Shown: positions 52,181 to 64,000 of the stretch, in pieces
Numbering within the stretch: position 1 is the stretch's first letter
How the letters are laid out: each line of letters begins with the position of its first letter
Assembly: GCA_964016885.1 (NCBI GenBank)
Contig: OZ024743.1
Location: forward strand, 8,742,001-8,806,000
Origin: Eledone cirrhosa
Lineage: Eukaryota
DNA: 64,000 nucleotides
Reading direction: 5' to 3'
Notes under the pieces: generated by a model
Databases searched by the model: none
Told to the model about the DNA's origin: nothing
Seen by the model: the letters and a program-made list of their open reading frames with translations, nothing else
Made by a program: the position numbers and the translations under genes

Positions 52181-55100
52181 AATTTTAACTTTGGAAATTT
52201 TATTTATCATTCTGCTGAAGTTAACAGTGAAGCTTGTGTTTCACTTTTACAGACAAGTATTTTAGTAATCCTTTTGAAATTGATAACAAATAATTATAGA
52301 TTGATCATAGAATACTGGCACAATATAGATACTGAGAGTTGATATGAATAAGTTTAAAATGTTGAGATACGTTTAAATGTAGAAAATTCAAATAAGCACA
52401 CACTTCAGCTTGAATTAGCTTGATTAAAGTATTGTTTGATCTTTTCATTTGAAGTCTAATTAATCAGTGTAATTTTACACTATAGACCCTTTCCTTTCCT
52501 TTCCTTGTAAAGTTTACAGGAATCATTTTATGTACCAACTTACAAACTGCAAATCACAAAATATTTGTCACAGATTATTAGTGCATTAATCAGTATAAAG
52601 AGGCATTTAGTTGTTATGAAGAAAATTTAATTGGAATTAATTTTTTATAAATAACTTTGACAATGAAGAGATTAAGTCCACGGTGAAACATTTCCTTTGA
52701 GACAACCGTTTAGTACTAAATCTAAATTTAGAAAGTGTAAAAAGGAATGGTTTTAGCAGCAAAATTTGTAGCGCTTTGTGGGGCATTTGGAAGTTTTATA
52801 GTAGTAGCTGGGGGTACACACCCACAAAAATAATGAAGTAATTTATTGAATATATTTTATTATTCATTCAATTCGTTCTAAATACTCACATTTTACAATT
52901 TAGTACAGTGCTAAGCTGATAAATGGTGTTAAACTAAACACTCGTCATTCACTTTTTTTTTTCGTACTAAGAAAGGGGGTGCAGTGGGAACTGGGATGAA
53001 AATTAATACCTCCCTATACTTTTAGTTGAGCGATTAGACAACAAAACAGCATGTTACTGTAGTCTTCACAGTTTCAATGAAAATGTGTTCCTCATTTAGC
53101 ATAGTTTAACCTATTTGATACTTAGACAATACAATCTAAAGGATTTTTACATTTTATGCTCTATTTATAAATAGTATATATTTTTATCTAACAGGAGAAT
53201 TTATGACATCCTGCTTCGAAATCTATGTCGCACTGCTAGTTGTGGAGGTGAATGAATAAAGCATTTTCTTTTTGTTTTACCATCCCCAAATTCTCCTATC
53301 GAGTCATTTTTTGTTGGAACATCAGAAATAAAAGAGGTGTAGAATGTGAGTCATGGTTAGAAATATTGCTCTGCTTCGTATATCAACCGGTTTGCCTTTG
53401 TTTAGTTTAAGTTGATCTAATTTGTAACATTAAAACCAACTGTTATGCTCATCTTGATGCTAAAAATGTGTTTAAATAAAGGGGAAAAAAGAACGACAAA
53501 AACAACTTTAGCATGTTAGAAGTCATTGCAGTTGCTGTTTCGCGTCAGGTCGGCCCCGCTCGAGCAGACCTGCGATCAAAGACATTCCAGTAATGATAAT
53601 CCCGTTTTTTTTCCCTTTTCAGACATATCTCAAACTACATTATCCAATATATCCTATTTTGAAGACGGTAGGATGTGGTTTGACATATATGGCTGCTATT
53701 TCTAGAAGGTCGTGTGTTAGCTCGCATTATCACCATTGTTTTATTAAGTGTTTATGTCTGTAAAGAAAACATGGAGACCTCGCTGTCTTTAAATTCTCAT
53801 AGTTATTTGCTATTGGCAAGGTTGGTGCAACAAGTGGTGATGTTAGTTTACAGATCAGATTAATTTTAATTTCTGAATTTATCTAACCTTCTGTACAAAC
53901 ATTAGACTTATGTGGTTTCAACAGACGAATGTATAATCACTATTTAATGATTAACAGTCGTTCAGTTGTGTAAATTTATACGAAGCTAAGAAATACAAAT
54001 ACACACCCAAATGCAGCAGGAAAAACCCTTTAATATTGATTATTTTTTTTTTACTGAATACAAGGCTAAAGTTTTGTCGAAGAGAATGTGTTGTTGATCA
54101 AATCAAAACTTATTTTATCGATCTTGGAAGGATAAAAAGCAAAGTTAACTACAAAAACTTGAATTCGAGACTGAGATTAAATACTGTAAGGCAGCTGACA
54201 ATTTATTTTGGTTAATATCTGGATAAGCAATATATTTTTTCATAGGGGTTCAAAGCCAATTTCTTTTTAGAGAGGGTGTATCTCAGCTAATAAAAGGTAA
54301 TGTTATTCCAGTAGTATTCGAACTAGGAACCGAGGTGGAAACTATTGTATTTAGTCAGCATTCTAATGACTCAGTCAATATTACCTTCTACATTGCTAAT
54401 GCTTAATGATCAGTGACATCAGCCATTTTTTTTTTTTAAATAAACGAATTGTAGTAACTTTTAATCACATTATCATTCCTCGTAATTAACAATTTATTTC
54501 TTGCATATTAATACGAAACAAGATATTTTGCGGGATTTTGCGACTATGTAACGATGTAAAACGTCTTTTAAAAGGTGAATGAAAATAAAGTTAAAGGAAG
54601 AAAAAAGGCAGGAAAAATCCTAATTATGGTTAAGACAAAAAAATCAGAAGAAAATATATTTTATTTAAATATCAGATAATAATTCAAGTAATTAAACAAT
54701 TAATATTTTAAGTCGCTTATTAACTAATGCATGATTACGCAATGACACTATATGAAAAAAAATCACGTTTTATTCAATATCTTAAATAAACAACGGAACA
54801 AAAAAAAATATTAACTTAATATTGAAGTCTGATTTCCCTCCTGGATTCCATTTAAAAGGTATAATGATGTAAACGTAGGGAAATGGCTCCAATTAGAATT
54901 CGAATATGGAAAGCAAAACAAAGCCACCTTTCCCAGGGTTTTGTTTTGCTGTATAACAAGTTGCTTGTCATTCTTCTGGTTTCTATTTAGTTCAGATTAG
55001 GTAAAGTTTTTCTTCGGCAATTATCACGTTGATATTTTTAACTATTGTGAACCGATCGAAATTGTACCTTTTATAATAGCTGGAGTATGCCGGCATATTA

Positions 55101-56863
55101 CATTCGTATATCAGTGTAAATGGCAATCGCAATTTTAATCTAAAAAATTAAGGAAAATTTAAGAAAACAGGAATAAATAGTTCTTAAAACTTTAATGTTT
55201 ACCAAGAATATTTAATTTTATCAATATAGATACTATAACTATACGACGGATTGGCTATTAGCACGGTGTCTAATACTGTAATATTAACAAGGGGAGATAA
55301 TCATTATATGGGCGCACAGAGACTAGGTTTTTAACTCCCTTAGATTATACCTCTCCATTTATTTCCATTAAACTTCGGGAACTTTGATGGCGTGAGTTTT
55401 TCATACTGTTGTCGGTAAGAATGCCTTTAAATCTAAAAAAAAAACTCTTAGTTATACAATCAATACTATCTTGCATGATTGGTTTATTTATTATTGATTA
55501 TACCGGCGAGTAATCTGTTCGATATGGACGGCACTTGAGCATCTTTAGTTTGGCTCTGTTGTTTACAACCAGCAGTGGTTCGACATCTACACTAGATGAC
55601 TGTCACTCTGGCCGAGCTTTCTCTTATCTTCAACCTTTCTTCTTTGCAAGTCAGATTCCGTCTTTACATTCTTTCTCTTTTTATAGGTATTATTATTCAA
55701 ATTACAATAATATTTATTTATAATCGTCTACTAAATTTTTACATATTTTCCTTTTTATTGATCTTTTTTTTTCACTTCGACTATAAATCCGTAAAAAAAA
55801 AAAGTGCTGCCCCCTGTTGTGTCTGTTTGTATATGTGTTTGTGTGTATACATGTTTGTGTGTTTGTTTATATGCATATTTTATTGAGTTGTCTCGCACTG
55901 AGTCATGTGTTGTCTAATATTCCCATTCTTCCTGTATATCATCTCTTATCAGAGTACTACCAAATATTTATAATTGTTCTACATTCTTTCTTTATATCTC
56001 GTTTATTATATAAAAAAAATATTTGTATTAGTCACGTGGCATGTAAAAGGGTTTAAAGTTAATTTTGCTGTTGGATATTTTTTTCCCCATCTTCCGATTC
56101 TATTGTGTGTCTAGTTATTAATGTCTAGTATTTAATTGGATGTGTTGGAAGAGCAATGTATTTATTTATATATATATATATACAAACAGAGTCGTTGATG
56201 TTTCAGCGATTTTGATGGCCTATGTCTTGAGTAAGCATGACACACACACACACACACACAAACATACACTGTTTATACAAACACACAAATATGTGCGTGC
56301 GTGCGTGCTCTGTCTCAAATACTAATTACTTATTCAGTCCTAGTAGTTTTTCTTTGTATATTTATTCATACTACTATTGCCGTTCACTTCCTCCCTCCGA
56401 CACACTAATTACACAACTAATTTCCGCCTCTCTCTTTCTCTCTCTCTCTCTATACATATATATATATACACGCAAATATATATATACACATATATATATG
56501 AATATATACACAAATTTGTATATATATACATATATACATATATATATTTGTGTATATGTATATATATAAATTGTATATATATAATTAATTTTTCTAATTA
56601 GTATTTATAAATTTAATCTTGAGATCTTACTTTGTAATGAATTAAAAATAACATAAACTACAAATTTCTATTTTGTATTGTGGCGAGCGGCTTAGTTATA
56701 AAAAAAAAAGCGAAGGAAATAAGAAAAGACAACAAGGAAATAAAGCCATTTTCTCATAATAAGCTATTTGTCTCTATAGTTATAGCAATGGTTTTCACGA
56801 ACAAAAACATCAACCCATAATACTGAGGGTACCCTTAAGTTTACATCATATCCTTTATTCTTC

Positions 56864-57377
56864 TAACTTTTTCTTTTTCTCGTCCGAAGAAAACTAGTTA
56901 TTTACTGATATTACTATAAAAAATATACTAAAAATTACAAAACAAAACATCTTTATTTAGATTTTGTTAGAGAGAGATTTCAGATCTGATGTGATAATTG
57001 TAAGAAATTTGATAGCCAAGAAAAATATTGCTATCGTTTAATTATATAAATACATATATATAGATTAAAACTATTATATATATATATGTGTGTATGTATG
57101 TATGTATGTATGTATGTATGTATGTATGTATGTATGTATGTATGTATGTATGTATGTATGTGTATATATATATATATATATATAATAGTTTTAATTTATA
57201 CAATTAAACGGTAGTAATATTTTTCTTGATTATCAAATTTCTTACAATTATCAGATCTGAAATTTCTCTTTAAAAAATCTAAATAAAGATGTTTTGTTTT
57301 GTAATTTTTTTGTATCATTTTATAGTAATATCAGTAAACAACTAGTTTTCATTCGGACGAGAAAATGAAAAAAGTTA
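56864..57377. repeat. Diverged foldback: ~210-bp inverted arms around a (TA)/(TATG) microsatellite
   Basis: ctcgtccgaagaaaactagtt...cagatctga...aaaactattata versus tataatagtttt...tcagatctg...aactagttttcattcggacgag. Confidence 0.85.
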
Positions 57378-58319
57378 TAGGTTATATATATATATATATA
57401 TATCCTAACCGAGCAATTGTTATGTATAATATTTCTCATGTCAAATGCAGTTAATGTGTAGTGCAAAAAATTTCTTTTTATCCAGATTCTATTGACAAAA
57501 ATATTATTTATTTGTTTTTTATTTTATTTAGGCCACATCCTGTAGATGCCGATCTTTCATTTTAACTTTTACGCAAAGGTAGGTGCGGATGTTTCTCCTT
57601 TTTGCCTACTTATTACATTAACCCTTGAAAGTGTGCCGACACTAAAATTGTCTCAAATACGAATCGAACTCGAAACTATGAAGTTCTTGTTGTCTGCTAA
57701 AGTCTAAGCCACCGCCCATCCATTGATAAAGCTGGAATGTTAGCTCTTCCCCCGAGGGCTAACACCAGCTGGATGTGAGATAAGTTATTTGATGATAAGT
57801 AGATTAGTTCTGCAGCTCGTCAATACATTGAGCTCAACATTAAGATTAATAATGTACTTTTCTCTTAGAATATGTTTTCTTTGTATAAATGTTTATATGT
57901 TCTTTTATGACTGAAGTGTCAACACTTTTACTGCTATTGTTGGCAACAAACTTTCATGAGCCCTTCATCTATCTTGTAAAGGTTTGATTCCTTCTTTGTT
58001 CTTCAATCTTTTTTTATCCCGGCCAAAGTTAGCGAACTGAATCTGCTCTCAGTTCATTATCTATTTCTCATACTTCAGTGTTTTAGGTAACCCAAACCGT
58101 TTTATAAGCTTTCGTTTAATTCTTTTTCTTATATCCTTTTACTGGCTTCAGTCATTAGGCTGGCCATGCTGGGGCATTGCTTGCAAGGGATTTAGTTGAT
58201 CATATCGACCCTATGTATTTATTTACTTACTTTGTCAGACCTGGTACTTATTTTATCGATTTCTATTTGTTGAATTGCTAGTTTACGAAACTTAAACAAC
58301 AAACACGTTACACACACAT

Positions 58320-58401
<82 letters not shown>

Positions 58402-58413
58402 ATATGGGTAAAG

Positions 58414-58460
<47 letters not shown>

Positions 58461-58612
58461 GACTTCTACACGACTCTTTCATTTGTATGAAATCATGAGG
58501 AATAAAACAGTTCTAGCCATATAAAATTGATATGTGTATCCCCTACTGACGTATTGAGTACCTTATTTAACAGGTCATTTCCCTTTCGAGACACCATCCT
58601 TATATGTAATGT

Positions 58613-58745
58613 GAAGGCGCATGACAGTGGTTAGAGCGTTGGGCTTGCATTCATGAGGTTGTGAGTTCGAATCTCTGATCGGGTGATCTGTTGTGTCCTT
58701 GAGCAAGACAGTTTATTTCACATTGGTCCAGTTTATTCAGCTGAC
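58613..58745 (+). mobile_element. SINE head and core
   Basis: ggcgcatgacagtggttagagcg...gagttcgaat...ccttgagcaagaca. Confidence 0.75.
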
Positions 58746-58863
58746 GACGTCACTATATAGAAGAAGTCCAACCACGAAAGGTGTGCACTTGTATGTATGA
58801 ATATGTATGTGTGTATATATATATGTATATAAAGCAGGGAAAAGCGGACGTAAAATGATGACG

Positions 58864-60362
<1,499 letters not shown>

Positions 60363-60661
60363 TGATCGTGGTCATCATTGTGATTTTATCGTCTGCTTTC
60401 CCTGCTAGCAAGTGTTGGACGGGTGTACATAGACCATGTCAATACTGAAGCGGAGTTACTGACCTCCCGGACAGGTCAGGTATGTGCATCTTCCTTATGT
60501 AAAGTACCACTTTACAGCTTGTTCTGGGTGCATGTAGATCACCAACACTAGGAAGGTTCCTCCCTACCCTTTCTTTGGCAAGCTTTCTACAATAAACCTT
60601 ACTTTCCCAAGTATTGAATACTTAACTGAACATGGTTTTATTTGTCAAAACTGGTAACCCC

Positions 60662-60703
<42 letters not shown>

Positions 60704-60859
60704 GTATGTATATGCATATGTATATATATATATATATATATACATATGCATATATATATATATATATACATACGCTATTTGGCAAATAACTACATGTATC
60801 ACCTATCCCTCCTTCTCTCTCTTTCGATACGTAAATATTCTATATATATATATATATAA

Positions 60860-61186
60860 AAAACACACAGTCCACGCTGTAATGTAGCCATGTAGGCAAC
60901 ACGTTAAAAACCTCCCAGTCCCACACTGTAAATGTGGTTGGTGTTAGGAAGGGCATCCAGCTGTAGAAAACCCGCCAGACAGTCCACGCTGTAATGTGGC
61001 CGTGTAGGCAACACGGTAAAAACCTCCCAGCCCCACACTGTAAATGTGGTTGGTGTTAGGAAGGGCATCCAACTGTAGAAAACCCGCCAGACAGTCCTAT
61101 GCGAGCAAGACAACCACTCTTGCCTCAAGTGGGAAAACCCATGCAAGCATGGAACATGGACGTTAAACGATGATGATGATGATGAT
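60860..61186 (+). mobile_element. RTE 3' UTR fragment with the same duplication as 41064-41300
   Basis: Two UTR units joined at cccgccagacagtccacgc; (GAT)n tail. Confidence 0.85.
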
Positions 61187-61844
61187 ATATATATATATGT
61201 ATATATAGTGAAAAATTGAACAGGAACAAAACAGAGAGGCAGTACGAACAAAGGTTTATTAATTTCACGCTCTTGAGAGTGGGATGTCTTGCTCATGCAG
61301 TACTGTTTCTGGCGTGGTTTCTACAGATGCCCTTCCTAATGTCAACTGCATTTACAGTGTGTGCTGGCTGCCTTTTATCGTGGCACTGTAATGATCACAG
61401 TGTGGGCCGAGTGCTTTTTGTCATGGCACCAAAATGAGCATTTTACAGTGGGGACTGGGGCTGGAGTGTAAAGATGTGGAATGATTAGGATCTGAGTGTT
61501 GTGGTGTATGGAGGATAGGGGTTAAGTGGTGCATACTAGATGTATGCTTCAACCCGTGCGCATGGGAAGGCGGGTCTTCTGCCTGTCTCATCACATTTGA
61601 GAAGTACAATTGTGCAAGGTCAGCTTTTATCACCTCATCCTAGGTCTTCCTACTCTGTAGTTGCCATCACCTTTGATTGCCCTGCACCATTTATACAGCT
61701 ATCATCCTTCATACACACCACATGACCATGCCAATGCAATCTCCTCTCTTGCACATTGCATCTGATCCCGACCCCTATCATGCCCAGTTTCTCTCTCAGT
61801 TCATTTACACTTCACTGTTCATGATATATATATATGTGAAAGTA

Positions 61845-62150
61845 TATGACGTAGTGGTTAGAGCATTGGGCTTACAATCATGAGGTTGTGAATTTGATTC
61901 TATGACCTGGTGATGCATTGTTTCACATTTCTCCAGTTCACTCAGCTGTAGAAATAAGTTGTGATGTCACCAGTACCAAGCTCTATTGGCCTTTGTCATA
62001 AGATGGTGTGGCGAGGGGAGACACATATGCATGGGTGACTCCTGGTCTTCTATAAACAACCTTGCCTGGACTTGTGACTTGTGCCTTGGAAAGGAAACTT
62101 TCTATGCAAATCTCATGGTCATTCCTGACCGAAGGGGATCCCTTACTCTT
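61845..62150 (+). mobile_element. tRNA-derived SINE
   Basis: gacgtagtggttagagcattgg head; ccagttcactcagctgtagaaat core. Confidence 0.65.
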
Positions 62151-63388
62151 TATATATATATATATATATATCATCATTTAACGTCTATCTTCCACGCTAG
62201 TATGGATTATATGAGTTTGTACCATTTGAAGCAAGTTTGGCCGGGTGATCGTGTCTCGTTTGTATAGGACTGTTTCTATATATATAATTATACATACTGT
62301 AAACGTGGTTGGTGTTATGAAGGGCATCCAGCTGTAGAAAACCTGCCAGACAGTCCTATATAAGCGAGACATGGTCACCCAACCAATCTTGCCTCAAGTG
62401 GGACAATTCCCGTCTAAACCCATGCTAGCGATGATGATGATACATAGTATACGAAAGTCATCGAATTTATTTCAGTGTTTTCTGGCCATTACCCACATAC
62501 TCAGTGAGATAATAAGCTTGTTGTTGAGGAACTGCACCTTATCATAAAGAGTGCACACAGTTACTATCATGGCCGTGTTTTGGTAATGATACCTCCTTAT
62601 CATATTTATATATATACATATACCGTGTACCCCCGACATTCGTGGGAAGTTTCCATGGATACCTAACTAATAGTTGTTCGTGGAAACCACCACATATTCG
62701 CGGAATCAGAAATATCTTCCGCAATTTTTTTGTGGCAATAAATATTTTTTCATGCTTTTTTAACGCTAAATTATTAATCAGGTACTCATCAGAGGTTTAG
62801 TCTCACCATTCTAAGGGAAATATAGAATGAAGATGGTAAATAAAACAATATACCTGTGAATATCTACAGCTGATGAGTCTCATGTGGGTTAATCTTCGAT
62901 GATCGATTATATTGATTGATTTTTTTCGATGATCGATTACATAGATAGATTTTTGGCCACACTTTCCAGGTATGAAATAGCGCTATAAGGTTTCACTTAC
63001 AATTCCAGCTCCGTGCATATTCTTCTCTAGAATATTTACTTGGTATATTTGCAATATATTGTGTTTCTTTTACGATATATGGTTCTTTCTCTCTATATAA
63101 ACCCATGCTAGCGTGGAAGATAGACGTTAAACGATGATAATGATGATGATAGACATATATCTTTGCATTTGGTTATTACGGCTCTAGATAAAGTCTATCT
63201 ATCTCTAGATAAAGTCTATTGAATTTACTTGTTGAGAATTCAACATATTTGATGTTTTGATTCATTATATTTACACGTATATATATATATATATGTATGT
63301 ATGTACAGATATATATATATGTATATATGTATGTATGTACATATATATATATATATATGTATGTACAAATATATATATATATGTATGT

Positions 63389-63429
<41 letters not shown>

Positions 63430-63536
63430 CATATATATATGTATGTACATATATATATGTATGTACATAGATACATATATATATTTATGTACATAGATAT
63501 ATATATATATCTGTATGTACATATATATATATATAT

Positions 63537-64000
63537 AACTTGATCTGTTTCGGCCAGTATTGGCCCAGGCTATGTCTAACTTAATAGCACCACCTGTCGA
63601 AGTTTTACAAATCAGGTTTTGGGCACCATGGCCCACTCGAGCAGAGAGTTATTGTTTACGGAGGCATATCCGGGTGTAGCAGGCTTATCCGGGATTTCTT
63701 GAAGGGATTTGTCCAAAGACTTCTTGAACTTGATGGGGTCTGTTTCTGTTTTGGTGTAATGTTAAAGAGAGCAGGGCCAATTGAGGTGAAATAATTGAGC
63801 CGTATTGTTGTTATGAAATGCGAGTGAGATTTTTGTATGGGATGGATAGCACGGGGTCCTAGCCTTGGGTGTACATTAAAGGTGATGCCAACATCATTTG
63901 GGCAAAGCTGATGGAATATTTTCCACATCATGCAGATAATGTAACGCTCACGGCAACGCTGGAGAGAATAAAGGTTGAGCTTTTCTAATCGACTCCAATA
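63537..64000 (-). mobile_element. CR1-group LINE 3' end
   Basis: Minus-strand LNLYSLQRCRERYIICMMWKI...LGPRA..., typical of CR1-group ORF2 C-termini; 3' end abuts (TA)n. Confidence 0.8.

Overview
Eukaryotic, AT-rich, repeat-saturated DNA with no confidently identifiable host gene. The SINEs resemble octopus repeats, so a cephalopod source is inferred. The window is a mosaic of transposable elements separated by (TA)n/(CA)n microsatellites: over a dozen 5'-truncated RTE-clade LINE copies, most carrying a C4HC3 PHD finger inside the reverse transcriptase; a near full-length but disrupted Tx1/L1-clade element inserted in a ~75-bp minisatellite; two Penelope-like (PLE) fragments; R4/Dong, CR1, Helitron and mariner relics; a solo LTR; piggyBac-type MITEs; and tRNA-derived SINEs. 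The most striking unannotated signal is a set of short, mutually dissimilar cassettes, mostly bounded by (TA)n, each folding by eye into a type I hammerhead ribozyme. These show covarying stems, palindromic stem III, 60-105 nt stem II inserts, core variants (C4; U3-A8), one pair inside a 302-bp palindrome and one split across strands. Most long ORFs in the track are antisense shadows or microsatellite translations. All structures were assigned manually; none has been computed or searched.
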